Positions 16,681 to 26,912 are shown, numbered from the stretch's first letter. The stretch is 32,000 nt of DNA from an uncultured Opitutales bacterium (GCA_934613415.1 CAKTSY010000005.1:180001-212000); one strand, 5' to 3'. Notes: generated from the sequence alone by a model not told the origin. A program made the numbers and translations.

Positions 16681-19179
16681 ATGAGCGTAAGAATATACGA
16701 ATTGGCAAAGGAACTTAACGTTCCAAACAAAGAGCTTTTGGCATTTATACAAGAGCGCGTTAAGCAGTACGACAATTTGGTGGTAAAGACACCGTCGAGC
16801 GGCATTATGCCCATATACGCCGATATGATTAAGGCCGACTACCTAAAATTTAAAGCTAAAGCAGCCGAAGCCGCCCCAAAACAAGAGGCTAAAAAGGAAG
16901 AACCCAAGCCTCAAGAGCAGACCACGGCGGCAAATACGGCTCCCCAAAAAGAAGAAGAGCCTAAAAAGCAGGAAGAAGCAAAAGAACAACCCATAGAGGC
17001 GAAAGCTGCAGAGGAAGTTCGCCCCGCGGCAAATAAGCCTGCAGTGGCTGTTCCCCCAAAGCCGGCAAGCAAGCCCGCAGTTGTGCCTGCACAAAAGCCC
17101 GTTGCGGTAAATAAGCCCGCAGTTGTTGTTCCGCCTGCACCAGGCAAGCCTGCAACTTTGGTACCGCCTATGGCAAAACCCGCAGTGCCCAACAAGCCTG
17201 CAGTGGCAGTTCCCCCGGTTTCAAGGCCTGCAACTCTTATACCTCCTAGCAGGCCCGCAACTGTAGTTCCTCCTTCCAACAAGCCTGCAAGCTTAGTTCC
17301 TCCAATAAAGGCAAGGCCGCAAACAATAGTGCCCCCCTCGCCTTCTGCCAACAAACCTGCAGTGCTTTCGCCCAATGCGCAAAGCCAGCAGCAAGCCGAG
17401 GCTCCAAAGAATAAAAACATTCAAATTAAGCCTCCTATTATTGTAAGAGACTTTGCAAAACTTATAGACCTAAAGCCCTTTAGGCTTATATCCGAACTTA
17501 TGGATATGGGCATTTTCGCTTCGATGAACCAAACTCTCGAAGAAAACATAGCCCTGAAAATTGCCGAAAAGCACGGATATGTTTTAGACATAAAGCACAG
17601 GGGCGAAAGTGCTCAACCCAAAGTTAAGGTTGAAAAACCCAAGTACGACGACCCGAAAGACTTGGCACCAAGGCCGCCCATTGTATGTATTTTAGGGCAC
17701 GTCGACCACGGCAAAACAACCTTGCTAGACACTATCAGAAACACGAATGTTGTTGCCGGCGAAGCGGGCGGTATTACGCAGCACACTGCAGCCTATCAGG
17801 TTGAATGCAACGGCAAAAAAATAACATTTATCGACACCCCGGGGCACGCCGCATTCTCTAAAATGAGGGAAAGAGGCGCAAACGTAACCGACATTGCAAT
17901 TCTTGTTGTTGCAGCCGACGACGGCTTTATGCCCCAAACCGAAGAAGCTTTGGCATTTGCACAAAAAGCTGGCGTTCCAGTAATTGTTGCAATAAACAAG
18001 ATGGACGCAAAAGGCGCAAACATAGACAACGTAAAACGCCAAATGCAAGCCCGCGGCATTTCGCCCGAAGACTGGGGCGGCGAAACTTTGTGCTGCCCCG
18101 TTTCGGCACTAAAAGGCACAAACATTAACGACTTGCTAGAACTTGTTCTTTTGCAGGCCGAAATGATGGAGCTTAAGGCAAACCCGAAAAGACCCGTAGA
18201 AGGCACAATTATAGAAAGCCAAGTTGAACAAGGCAGAGGCGCAACCGCAACTGTTATTGTACGCCAAGGCACGCTTAAGCCGGGCGACACAATTTACTGC
18301 TTGGGCAACTACTGCCGCGTTCGCGCCCTTATAGACGACAAGGGCAAGAAGATGGACAAAGCCCTGCCTGGCACCCCCGCCCTTGTTATGGGTTGGACGG
18401 GAGCCCCCGAAGACGGCGAAACCTTCTACAAAGCAGAGAACGAAAAGAAGGCACGAAGAATTACCGAAGAATATTTGGACGAAAAGAAAAAGCTTGAAAG
18501 CCAAAATCTTGCCCCCAAAGCCGCAAGCCTTGAAGACCTTATGGCGGCAATTGCCAACAAGAACAAAAAGATATTTAAGTGCGTTGTAAAAAGCGATGTA
18601 AGCGGCACGGTAGAAGCCCTTTGCGCCTGCTTAAAAGACATTAAATCTACAAAGGTAGATATGGAAATTATAGGCTCGTCGGTTGGGCTTATAACCAAAA
18701 ACGATGTGGAAATGGCGGCAACTTCGCAGGCGAACATTGTAGCCTTCAACGTAAAACCCGAAAACGGCGTTGTTGCCGAGGCAAAACACGCCGGGGTAAC
18801 CATTATAACCCACAATATTATCTACGAATTGCTAAACCAGGTTAAAGACGCAATGAAGAACCTGCTAGACCCCGAATTGCGCGAAAACAAATTGGGTATG
18901 GCACAGGTACGCCAAGTGTTTACGGTTTCAAAATTCGGCAATATTGCAGGCTGCATGGTAACCGAAGGCGTTATGAAAAGAGACAAGCTTGCCAGAGTGT
19001 TCCGCAAAGACAAAGAGCTTTGCAACGGCAGAATCGGCACGCTTAAACGCTTTAAAGACGACGCTTCCGAAGTTAAGGCGGGCTACGAATGCGGTATTAA
19101 CGTTAACGGTTTCGACGACTACAAGGAAGGCGACTCGATTGAGTGCTACGAAATTGTCGAAATTCGCCCCGACTTATAA
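16681..19179 (+). CDS. infB: Translation initiation factor IF-2
   Basis: N-terminal [15 protein letters not shown] domain [31 protein letters not shown]-terminal domains through ...[13 protein letters not shown]. Confidence 0.95.
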   Translation: MSVRIYELAKELNVPNKELLAFIQERVKQYDNLVVKTPSSGIMPIYADMIKADYLKFKAKAAEAAPKQEAKKEEPKPQEQTTAANTAPQKEEEPKKQEEAKEQPIEAKAAEEVRPAANKPAVAVPPKPASKPAVVPAQKPVAVNKPAVVVPPAPGKPATLVPPMAKPAVPNKPAVAVPPVSRPATLIPPSRPATVVPPSNKPASLVPPIKARPQTIVPPSPSANKPAVLSPNAQSQQQAEAPKNKNIQIKPPIIVRDFAKLIDLKPFRLISELMDMGIFASMNQTLEENIALKIAEKHGYVLDIKHRGESAQPKVKVEKPKYDDPKDLAPRPPIVCILGHVDHGKTTLLDTIRNTNVVAGEAGGITQHTAAYQVECNGKKITFIDTPGHAAFSKMRERGANVTDIAILVVAADDGFMPQTEEALAFAQKAGVPVIVAINKMDAKGANIDNVKRQMQARGISPEDWGGETLCCPVSALKGTNINDLLELVLLQAEMMELKANPKRPVEGTIIESQVEQGRGATATVIVRQGTLKPGDTIYCLGNYCRVRALIDDKGKKMDKALPGTPALVMGWTGAPEDGETFYKAENEKKARRITEEYLDEKKKLESQNLAPKAASLEDLMAAIANKNKKIFKCVVKSDVSGTVEALCACLKDIKSTKVDMEIIGSSVGLITKNDVEMAATSQANIVAFNVKPENGVVAEAKHAGVTIITHNIIYELLNQVKDAMKNLLDPELRENKLGMAQVRQVFTVSKFGNIAGCMVTEGVMKRDKLARVFRKDKELCNGRIGTLKRFKDDASEVKAGYECGINVNGFDDYKEGDSIECYEIVEIRPDL
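17025..17375 (+). repeat. Imperfect tandem coding repeats (KPA[VT]xVPP units) in the IF-2 N-terminal linker
   Basis: Protein: [94 protein letters not shown] shows recurrent aa(t/c)aagcc(t/c)gca(g/a)(t/c)(t/g) units. Confidence 0.8.
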
Positions 19180-19200
19180 TAAAAAACTGCTTTTTAGGAT

Positions 19201-19554
19201 ATGGGACAGCGTCAATTAAGGGTAAACGAGCTTGTGTTAAGGCAGCTTAGCGAAAGCCTGCACCAAAAATTCAGACAGGAAAGCGTTACCATAACACTGC
19301 TCGAAGCCGATGTTTCGCCCGACTTAAAAAACGCGCAGGTATACTATTCGGTTATAGGCAATAGAACCGATGTTGCGGCAGCGGCCCGCCTTTTGGCAAA
19401 GGCTAAAAACTTTTTAAGGTTCGAATTGGGGCGCAAAGTTATTTTAAAATACACCCCCGAACTTAATTTTGTCTACGACCCTTCGCCCGACCGTAGCCAA
19501 AGGTTAATGCAAATTTTCGACGAAATTCAAAAAGAGGAAGATGGCAAACACTAG
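19201..19554 (+). CDS. rbfA: Ribosome-binding factor A
   Basis: 117 aa. RVNELVLRQLSESL and TPELNFVYD blocks. Conserved position directly after infB. Confidence 0.88.
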   Translation: MGQRQLRVNELVLRQLSESLHQKFRQESVTITLLEADVSPDLKNAQVYYSVIGNRTDVAAAARLLAKAKNFLRFELGRKVILKYTPELNFVYDPSPDRSQRLMQIFDEIQKEEDGKH

Positions 19555-20524
19555 CTTTTTCGAGAATCTGCACGGCGAATTTTTGAATATTTTAAACGCC
19601 GTAAAGGGCAAAAAAGTTGCAATTTTCGGGCATATGCGCCCCGACGGCGACTGCATTGGCTCGCAAACGGCAATGTATTTGCTGCTTAAAAACTTGGGCG
19701 TAAAAGACGTTGTTTGCGTAAATAAAGACCCAGTTCCCGCAATCTGCCAAAAATTTGCCGCCGCCGAATTTGTGCGCGCCGCAAATTTTAACGACACCGA
19801 CTACGAAATTATTTGCGTAGACTGCGCAGACTTTGCCCGAACTTTGGAAAACGCCGAAAACGTCTTTAAAAAGCCCTTGGCTTGCATAGACCACCACATA
19901 ACAAACAAAACCTATGCAACCTATAATGTTATAAACCCAAAGGCCGCAGCCACTGCCGAACTTTTGGCGGGGCTTATGCTAGACTTAAACATAAAAATTT
20001 CGCCCGAGCAGGCAAACGCACTATATTTGGGGCTTGCAACCGACACGCGTCAGTTTACCACAAATTCTACAACCGCAACATCGCTTAAAATTGCGGGGCT
20101 TTTGATTGAAAACAAAGCCGACATTGCCTCGATTTCCATAGAGCTTTACCAGCGCGAAAAGTTTGCAAAGCAAAAGCTTTTGGCAAGATATTTAGAATCT
20201 ATTAAGCTTTACGAAAACGGCAAAATTTGCGGCGGCACTATAACCTTAAACGACTACGCGCAAACAGGGGCAACAAAGGAAGATGCCGACGGGCTTGTAG
20301 ACTTTGCGCGCGCCATAGACGGCGTGCAAATTGCCTTTGTTGTAGAGGAATTAAAAGACGGGGCAAAGGCAAGCCTGCGCTCGAAAAGCGAAAAGTTTGC
20401 AATGAACGAAGTTGCCGGCTTTTTCGGCGGCGGCGGCCACGCGTGTGCCGCGGGTTGCAATGTTAAAATTGGCGTTGCCGAATTTACCGCAAAACTACTC
20501 GAACAACTTGCAAAAAAACTCTGA
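19541..20524 (+). CDS. nrnA: DHH/DHHA1 phosphoesterase (NrnA-like oligoribonuclease / pAp phosphatase)
   Basis: GHMRPDGDCIGS (DHH motif I/II region), CIDHH, DHHA1 GGGGHACAAG. The rbfA-adjacent position is known for nrnA homologues. Confidence 0.7.
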   Translation: MANTSFFENLHGEFLNILNAVKGKKVAIFGHMRPDGDCIGSQTAMYLLLKNLGVKDVVCVNKDPVPAICQKFAAAEFVRAANFNDTDYEIICVDCADFARTLENAENVFKKPLACIDHHITNKTYATYNVINPKAAATAELLAGLMLDLNIKISPEQANALYLGLATDTRQFTTNSTTATSLKIAGLLIENKADIASISIELYQREKFAKQKLLARYLESIKLYENGKICGGTITLNDYAQTGATKEDADGLVDFARAIDGVQIAFVVEELKDGAKASLRSKSEKFAMNEVAGFFGGGGHACAAGCNVKIGVAEFTAKLLEQLAKKL

Positions 20525-20530
20525 TATTGT

Positions 20531-21244
20531 ATGGATACCTACGAGGGAATACTTCTTATAGACAAGCATAAAGACTGCACTTCGCACGATATTGTAGATA
20601 TGGTGCGACGCTGCTATAAAATGAAGTCGGTAGGACACGCCGGCACTTTAGACCCCATGGCAACGGGCCTGTTGATTTTGCTTATAGGCAAAGCCACAAA
20701 GGTTTCGCAATATCTGATGAGTTCCGATAAAACCTACGAAGGCGAAATGACTTTGGGTTGCACAACCAATACGCAAGACGCCGAAGGCGAAATTACCGCC
20801 CAAAACGAAGTTCCGGATTTTACCCAAGAACATTTGCTTGAAAAAATGAAGTCTTTTTTGGGCGACCAATACCAAACGCCGCCTATGTTTTCGGCAAAGA
20901 AAGTAAATGGAGTACCCCTCTATAAAATGGCGCGCAAAGGCCAAGAGGTAAAACGCGAGCCGCGCTTTATTAGAATTTCCAAATTCGAGCTACTAAACTG
21001 GCAAAAGCCTCTCTTGCAATTTAGGCTAGACTGCAGCAAGGGAACCTATGTAAGAACCATTGCAAACGACTTTGGGCAAGCCTTAGGGTGCGGCGCAATG
21101 CTTAGCGCGCTAAGGCGCACAAAAAGCGGCTCGTTCGACGTTGCAAACGCAATTACAATAGAAGAACTAAAAACATTGCCGCCCTCGCAGCTTCAAAAAA
21201 GGCTAATCCCAATAAGAGACGCTGTTCCAAGCTTTGCGCTGTAA
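20531..21244 (+). CDS. truB: tRNA pseudouridine(55) synthase TruB
   Basis: Catalytic block [42 protein letters not shown]. Confidence 0.92.
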   Translation: MDTYEGILLIDKHKDCTSHDIVDMVRRCYKMKSVGHAGTLDPMATGLLILLIGKATKVSQYLMSSDKTYEGEMTLGCTTNTQDAEGEITAQNEVPDFTQEHLLEKMKSFLGDQYQTPPMFSAKKVNGVPLYKMARKGQEVKREPRFIRISKFELLNWQKPLLQFRLDCSKGTYVRTIANDFGQALGCGAMLSALRRTKSGSFDVANAITIEELKTLPPSQLQKRLIPIRDAVPSFAL

Positions 21245-21247
21245 GAA

Positions 21248-22156
21248 ATGACTTTAAAAGCAAAAAGCGGCTCGGTTTTGGCGATAGGCGTTTTCGACGG
21301 CCTGCACAAGGGCCATATGAAACTGCTAAACACCGCAAAAAAGCTTGCGGGCAAAAACGGCTTTGCCGTGATGACTTTTAACCCCCACCCCACTTTTGTG
21401 CTTAAGGGCAAAACCCAAGCCTCAAAGCTTATTTTTTCGCCGCAAGAAAGGGTAAAAAAGCTGCAACTTATTGGAGCCAACAAAATAAGGCTGCAAAAGT
21501 TCGACAAAAATTTTGCGAACAAAAGCCCCGAAAACTTTATAAAATTTCTAAAAAAACTGCTGCCCGATTTAAAATATATTGTTGTAGGCGAAAATTTTAG
21601 ATTCGGCAAAAACGCAAGCGGCAACATAGATTGGCTAAAGACAAATGCCGAACGCTTTGGCATTGTTCCAGTTAGCGTAAAGGGCGTTAAAGTTGGCGGG
21701 CAGTTTGCTAGCGCAACGCGTTTGAGAACGGCTCTGCAAAACGGCGACTTAAAGACATTCGAAAAGCTTGCAAATGCGCGCTACACCGCCTGCGGCGTGG
21801 TAGAAAAAGGCGCGCAGCTTGGCAGAAAGCTTGGTTTTGCAACATTAAACATAAAACACGCTCCGCAATGTATGCCAAAGTTCGGAGTATACATAACAAA
21901 AGTTTTGTCGCAAAAAAGCAAAAAAGAATATTTTGCGGTTTCAAACTACGGGGTAAAGCCGTCGGTTGGAAATGCCAAAGTGCCCCTAATAGAAAGCCAT
22001 ATTTTGGGCAAAACAAGGCTTGGCTACGGCTCGGAAATTAGGGTTGAATTTGTAAAGTTTTTACGCGGCGAAAAAAAGTTTAAGAATTTAGACGAGCTAA
22101 AAGACGCCATTGCAAAAGATGTTTGCGCGGCAAAAAAATATTGGAAAATTAAATAG
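21248..22156 (+). CDS. ribF: Bifunctional riboflavin kinase / FMN adenylyltransferase
   Basis: N-terminal GVFDGLHKGH nucleotidyltransferase motif. C-terminal riboflavin kinase region (GFATLNI ... ESHILG ... VEFVKFLRGEKKF). Confidence 0.9.
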   Translation: MTLKAKSGSVLAIGVFDGLHKGHMKLLNTAKKLAGKNGFAVMTFNPHPTFVLKGKTQASKLIFSPQERVKKLQLIGANKIRLQKFDKNFANKSPENFIKFLKKLLPDLKYIVVGENFRFGKNASGNIDWLKTNAERFGIVPVSVKGVKVGGQFASATRLRTALQNGDLKTFEKLANARYTACGVVEKGAQLGRKLGFATLNIKHAPQCMPKFGVYITKVLSQKSKKEYFAVSNYGVKPSVGNAKVPLIESHILGKTRLGYGSEIRVEFVKFLRGEKKFKNLDELKDAIAKDVCAAKKYWKIK

Positions 22157-22179
22157 CCAAGTTTGAACTTTACCCATGC

Positions 22180-22219
22180 AAAAAAGGCGTTCCCCAAAAA
22201 CAGGAAACGCCCTTTTTTA
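22180..22219. terminator. Bidirectional intrinsic terminator between ribF (+) and dnaJ (-)
   Basis: ggcgttcc (22186..22193) / gg(a)aacgcc (22203..22211). A6 upstream and T6 downstream. Confidence 0.7.
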
Positions 22220-22239
22220 TTTACAGCTTTTTGCCGCGG

Positions 22240-23385
22240 TTAAAACATATTCTTAAAAAAGCCACCTTTGGGAACGTCGTCGCCGCAGGCCTTGGCAAAT
22301 TCTTCCAACGCCTTGCGCTGTTCCGAAGTAAGCTTTTTGGGAACTTCTACTACAACTTTAACGTATTGGTCGCCCACCTGTGTGCTGTTTAAAACAGGCA
22401 TACCCTGCTCTTTAATTCTAAACACGGTATCGGTTTGCGTGCCGGCAGGTATATTAAGAACCGCCTTGCCCCTTACGGTTTTAACCTCTATTTTGCCGCC
22501 CATGCAGGCAAGCGTAAACTTTATAGGAATTTCGCAATACAAGTCGCTACCCTGTCTTTCAAAGAAAGAGTCTTCGGCAACGTGTATTACAATGTACAAG
22601 TCGCCGCATGGCCCGCCGTCGGGGCCCGCGTTGCCGGCGCCGGTTTTCCTAAGGCGCGTGCCGGTGCCAACTCCCGCGGGAACTTTAATTTTTTCCTCTA
22701 AGCGTTCGCGAACCAACCCTGTGCCGCCGCAGTCTTTGCAGGGCTTTTCTATAATTTTACCCGTTCCCCCGCATTTGGGGCACGTTTGCGTAAAGCGCAT
22801 AAATCCGTTCGAAGAGGTAACTTGCCCGCGCCCCTTGCAGGTTGGGCATGTCTTTTTCTCCGACCCGGGTTCGGCACCCGTGCCGTTGCAGGTTTTGCAG
22901 TGCACAAGCCTGTTGTATTTTACGGTTTTTTCTACGCCGCTAACGGCTTCCTGCAAAGTAATTTCCAAATCAAAGCGCAAATCGTCGCCGGCAACGGGCT
23001 CGTTAGATGCCCTGCCCGACGAAAAGCCGCCGCCGAAAAACTGGTCGAATATGCCGCCGCCGCCCGAAGACGCGCCGCCGCCGAACATTTCCCTGAACAA
23101 GTCGAAGGGATCTTGATACGCGCCGCCGTGAGCTCCCGAAAAACCGCCGCCCATTGCGCCCGAAGTGTACGCTTCGTGGCCCATTCTGTCGTAGGCTGCG
23201 CGCTTGTCTTCGTCGGAAAGCACCTGATAGGCTTCCGAAACCTGTTTAAATTTTTCCTCGGCTTCTTTGTTGCCGGGGTTTTTGTCGGGGTGGTATTTTA
23301 AGGCTAGCTTGCGGTAGGCTTTTTTGATGTCTTGCGCAGTAGCGTCTTTTGCCACGCCCAAAATTTCGTAATAGTCCTGACTCAT
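22240..23385 (-). CDS. dnaJ: Molecular chaperone DnaJ (type I)
   Basis: J domain DYYEILGV...[11 protein letters not shown]-rich linker. Four CxxCxGxG zinc-finger repeats ([32 protein letters not shown]). Confidence 0.95.
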   Translation of the reverse strand: MSQDYYEILGVAKDATAQDIKKAYRKLALKYHPDKNPGNKEAEEKFKQVSEAYQVLSDEDKRAAYDRMGHEAYTSGAMGGGFSGAHGGAYQDPFDLFREMFGGGASSGGGGIFDQFFGGGFSSGRASNEPVAGDDLRFDLEITLQEAVSGVEKTVKYNRLVHCKTCNGTGAEPGSEKKTCPTCKGRGQVTSSNGFMRFTQTCPKCGGTGKIIEKPCKDCGGTGLVRERLEEKIKVPAGVGTGTRLRKTGAGNAGPDGGPCGDLYIVIHVAEDSFFERQGSDLYCEIPIKFTLACMGGKIEVKTVRGKAVLNIPAGTQTDTVFRIKEQGMPVLNSTQVGDQYVKVVVEVPKKLTSEQRKALEEFAKACGDDVPKGGFFKNMF

Positions 23386-23388
23386 ATA

Positions 23389-24114
23389 TTATTTATTCTC
23401 CGCCTTTTTGCATACTACAACCGACGCGGGCCTTATAAGCCTGTCGTCTAGTCTGTAGCCCAAACGCACAACGTTTACAATTTTGTTGGCTTCGTGCTTT
23501 TCGCTTTCTATGCAAGAAACCGCCTCCTCGAATTTGGGGTCGAACTCGTCGCCCTCGTTCGGGTTAATTTCAACAACGCCGTGCTTTTCGAAAATCTGCT
23601 TAATTTGTTTTGCAAGCATTTCAAAACCCTGCGCCCAAGTGGGCGATTCCAAATGCTTGTGTATGTTGTCCATAGCCAATGCCAAGTTGTCTAAAACGGG
23701 AATCATATCTTCTACAAAGGGTATTACCGCCGTTTTTACCTGCATTGCCATATCTCTTTGCATTCTGCGCCTGTAGGTGTCGAAAGATGCAACTTCGCGT
23801 ATGTATAAATCCTTATTTTTTGCGGCTTGAGCCATCGCAAGCTCTAAATGGGCAAGCAATTCGCTTTCGCGTTGTTTGCATTTACATTCGTCGCCTTCGT
23901 TTTTTTGCTCTTGCCCGTTGTGGCAGCATTCGTGCCCGTCGTGATGGTGGTGACTGTGGCAACATTCGCCGCCATCTTCGTGGTGGTGATGGTTGCAGCA
24001 GCAATGCTCATCTTGCCCGTGCTGGGCGTTTTCGGCGCCGTTTTGCGCCGCGTTTTTGTTGTTTGTGTCGGAGGCATTTTCAGCCCCGTTTTTATTGTTA
24101 AATTCTTCCGTCAT
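23389..24114 (-). CDS. grpE: Nucleotide exchange factor GrpE with Cys/His-rich N-terminal extension
   Basis: C-terminal GrpE core (FDTYRRRMQRD ... EGDEFDPKFEEAVSCIE ... VVRLGYRLDDRLIRPASVVV). N-terminus contains HGQDEHCCCNHHHHEDGGECCHSHHHHDGHECCHNGQEQKNEGDECKCK. Confidence 0.9.
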   Translation of the reverse strand: MTEEFNNKNGAENASDTNNKNAAQNGAENAQHGQDEHCCCNHHHHEDGGECCHSHHHHDGHECCHNGQEQKNEGDECKCKQRESELLAHLELAMAQAAKNKDLYIREVASFDTYRRRMQRDMAMQVKTAVIPFVEDMIPVLDNLALAMDNIHKHLESPTWAQGFEMLAKQIKQIFEKHGVVEINPNEGDEFDPKFEEAVSCIESEKHEANKIVNVVRLGYRLDDRLIRPASVVVCKKAENK

Positions 24115-24135
24115 AAGATAGGGTTATCGTCTAAA

Positions 24136-24164
24136 ATACTCAAATTTAAAGAAAATTTTGTCAA
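24136..24164 (-). promoter_or_regulatory. Candidate promoter for grpE-dnaJ
   Basis: On the minus strand: TTGACA (24164..24159), 17-nt spacer, GAGTAT (24141..24136), in the 55-nt gap upstream of grpE. No CIRCE element seen. Confidence 0.25.
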
Positions 24165-24169
24165 TATAT

Positions 24170-26071
24170 TTAATTTTCCAAATATTTTGCCGAAAGCCGC
24201 TCTATGGCAAGTCTGCAAATTTGCGAAGAAGGTGATATTTGCTTGGCCCGCAAATAGTTCATTAGTGCCCGTGGGTATTCGCCCGCCTTTTCGGCCTTTT
24301 CGGCCGCGGCAACAAACTTTGCAAAATCGGCAACAAGGGGGGCTAACTGGGCAATGCGGCGCGCCAAAACGGGATCGTTTGCGTCTATTTTCTTCGCGTT
24401 TTCAAGTAGCTCCCACGCAAAATATTCGTTGTTTTGGGCTTCAAATTCTTTAGATTGCGCAATAAGCATATCTATTTTTGCAATGTTCGACACAATTTGC
24501 TTTAGCTTTTGCGCCCTTTTTTCGTCTTTTACAAACGCCATTGCATATTCTATAGATTCCGCCGAAATGTCTCGGTAGGCCCCGCGCGAATATAGCTCGT
24601 CGAACTTGGGAACATATTTCGAAATACCGTCGCCTAGACCTACAAGCTCTTCGTTAAGGCGTTCTATTGCGGGGTTTAATGGCCAAATTTTTGCGGCTTG
24701 GGTTAAGTTTTTGTCTATTTCGGGCAAATTGCCCGACAACGCCGCCTGCTTTGCCGCCATAACGCACATATTGCTTGCCCTTTTTGCCGCTTTAACCTTT
24801 GCAAGAGTTTCGGCATATGGAAAGTCGCTAACCGACTTTTTCATTTCCGACAAAATAGATTCTATTGCGTCAAAGTCGCGCGAGTCGGCAAGCTCTTTTA
24901 AGGTTGCCATATTTTTGTAGATTTTGTGCAAAACCTTTTTCTTTTCGTAGGGGTAGCTAAGCAAATCTGGCTCGTTTTCGCCAAGAGCAAAAGTTTCCAT
25001 CAACCTAAGCAAAGCTTCGTATTTTTCGCCCGAATCGAACAGAGTATCTACAGCCTTTAGCCCCGTTTTTATGTCGTTAGACGCCTCTTGGGCTACCGCC
25101 TGCAGCGTGTCGGAAGTCGGCACAAAATTCGAGATTTGAAAAAAATCGTGCATCTGCTTTTTGCCGACTTCCATATTTTGGAAAGACCCCTTGTAGGTGT
25201 TTCGGTAAAAGTCGCACGCAATTATTGTGTGAGAAAACCTGCGCGACAGCAGCAAATGAACTATTGTAGACTGAAACTGCAAAACCGACTTTGCGCCCAC
25301 GGCAACAGTTTCGGCCTGAGACGCCGTGTATTTTGCGCCTGCCTGCGCCGTTTTTTGAACGGCAATAGCCAAATCGGTTGGACCATGCAACGCCATTGTG
25401 CTGGAGGCGTTTGTGTTGCCCTTTTTGCCGCTTCGCTTAAACGCCATATCCGACGCCCTGTTTTCCAGATAGTTCGAAAAATTTATCTGTTTAGATTCCG
25501 CTTCTTTTAGGGCCTTTTTAAGCTCGTTTTCGGTAATAAGTTTCGACATTCTGTCGTCGCGCATTCGCCACGCGGTGTTTAAGGTGTTGGCAATTGCCAA
25601 AGATGCGTTGCCGTCGTAGTCGTATTCGGCGGCGTCGAAAAGCCTTTTTTGCGCATAGTCTATCGAAGCCGGCGTTATTTCTACATTCTTTACCGAAAGC
25701 GTCGCCGAGATTTCGCCTATAATGTCTTTATAGTCCGACAGGCTTTGCGAGGAAAAGTCTACCGCCAAATAACGCTCGAAACGCGCCTTGAACATGCGCG
25801 AATTACCTAGCGAAAATGTTTTGCCCTTCCAGTTTAATGTGCCGTTTTCAAGGTCTACAGAATCGCTTTTAACATCGAAAAGCCTGTCGGCAAAATTTTC
25901 AGAGGTTTTGCTTTCAAAAATATTGTCTTTAGAGCCTATGCCCACATTGTTTGTTGCAGGCTGCGCCGGTTGTTGCGCCGGGGTAGTTGCAGGCTGGGCT
26001 GCAGACGGCGAAACAACCTGCCCCATCGCCAACATCGGCAGCAAATATGCAATGTAAAAAATATTTTTCAT
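24170..26071 (-). CDS. Secreted 633-aa hypothetical protein (helical, TPR-like C-terminus?)
   Basis: Signal peptide MKNIFYIAYLLPMLAMGQV followed by a Pro/Gln/Ala-rich linker (AQPATTPAQQPAQPATNN). The long ORF is uninterrupted. No catalytic motif recognised. Confidence 0.7.
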   Translation of the reverse strand: MKNIFYIAYLLPMLAMGQVVSPSAAQPATTPAQQPAQPATNNVGIGSKDNIFESKTSENFADRLFDVKSDSVDLENGTLNWKGKTFSLGNSRMFKARFERYLAVDFSSQSLSDYKDIIGEISATLSVKNVEITPASIDYAQKRLFDAAEYDYDGNASLAIANTLNTAWRMRDDRMSKLITENELKKALKEAESKQINFSNYLENRASDMAFKRSGKKGNTNASSTMALHGPTDLAIAVQKTAQAGAKYTASQAETVAVGAKSVLQFQSTIVHLLLSRRFSHTIIACDFYRNTYKGSFQNMEVGKKQMHDFFQISNFVPTSDTLQAVAQEASNDIKTGLKAVDTLFDSGEKYEALLRLMETFALGENEPDLLSYPYEKKKVLHKIYKNMATLKELADSRDFDAIESILSEMKKSVSDFPYAETLAKVKAAKRASNMCVMAAKQAALSGNLPEIDKNLTQAAKIWPLNPAIERLNEELVGLGDGISKYVPKFDELYSRGAYRDISAESIEYAMAFVKDEKRAQKLKQIVSNIAKIDMLIAQSKEFEAQNNEYFAWELLENAKKIDANDPVLARRIAQLAPLVADFAKFVAAAEKAEKAGEYPRALMNYLRAKQISPSSQICRLAIERLSAKYLEN

Positions 26072-26072
26072 A

Positions 26073-26450
26073 TTAAAGTTTTTCTATTTTTTCGGTTATC
26101 AATGCGCCGTTTTTTTCTACTCTAACCGACAATATATATTTTTGCGCGCCGTTAATGTTTTCTGAAATTTTGTTGGGAACAAAAACCGCCAATATGCCGT
26201 TTTTTGTCTTTGCAGAAAGCACCACACCCGAATTTTGTTTGTTGTCGATAAGGGCCAAACGCGAATCTATTTTAGCTTCAACCCTGTATTTGTTTGGGAA
26301 GCACGATTTCGGGTTTTCGGCATACAGCTCGTAGGGGAAATCGGCATCTTGCGGCGACGATTTTTTAACGTAAAGCACGGTTAAAACCGTTAAAACCGCC
26401 AATACGGGAATTAGCAGGGCTATGAAAATCTGCGTGGATTTCGAATTCAT
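26073..26450 (-). CDS. Small membrane-anchored hypothetical protein (~125 aa)
   Basis: Preferred start ATG 26450 (MNSKSTQIFIALLIPVLAVLTVLTVLYV = TM anchor); ATG 26474 is also possible. The stop lies 1 nt from the start of the 633-aa gene. Confidence 0.55.
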   Translation of the reverse strand: MNSKSTQIFIALLIPVLAVLTVLTVLYVKKSSPQDADFPYELYAENPKSCFPNKYRVEAKIDSRLALIDNKQNSGVVLSAKTKNGILAVFVPNKISENINGAQKYILSVRVEKNGALITEKIEKL

Positions 26451-26638
26451 AATAATGTGGTAAATTTTCTGCATTTTTATGTTGTTTGGGTTAATAGTCA
26501 AACCAATAAAAAACAAGCGACTTCAATAGAATTATTCGCAAAAACAATACATTATCTTTTACAAAAACAAAGTATGCAAAAAAAGCTTGATAATATTTGC
26601 GCCATAAGGCATAACAAAAGGGATATTTTATATAACAC

Positions 26639-26726
<88 letters not shown>

Positions 26727-26740
26727 GTTTTTAAGCGTAA

Positions 26741-26778
26741 AAGGCAGATTTGCACTAAGTTGCGAATCTGCCTTTTCT
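26741..26778. terminator. Hairpin terminator usable on both strands (tRNA-Ser on +, mod-res operon on -)
   Basis: aaggcagatt (26741..26750) / aatctgcctt (26765..26774). tttt follows on the plus strand, and tttt(acgc) follows on the minus strand. Confidence 0.7.
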
Positions 26779-26912
26779 TATGGTACAACACCCCTGTTTG
26801 CAAATGCTTCATCATCAGGGTTCAACTGGTGCGTTTCACGCTCAGATGTGCGACCAAACAGCAACCTTGTCTCCGCAAAATCCGTTGAGGACGAAACTAT
26901 TATCCATCTTCC

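Noticed and set aside
17025-17375. Regular short repeats considered as a CRISPR-like array
   Set aside because: The units are 24-33 nt and contiguous with no spacers. They are imperfect, in frame within infB and encode a proline-rich linker. No CRISPR array or cas genes occur anywhere in the window.
24115-24169. Search for a CIRCE (TTAGCACTC-N9-GAGTGCTAA) or sigma-32-type element upstream of grpE
   Set aside because: Neither consensus is present. Only a weak sigma-70-like TTGACA-17-GAGTAT could be proposed.
26833-26840. GTTTCACG, half of the parS consensus
   Set aside because: Only one half-site is present, the palindromic partner is absent, and it lies in the islet spacer. It is most likely coincidence.
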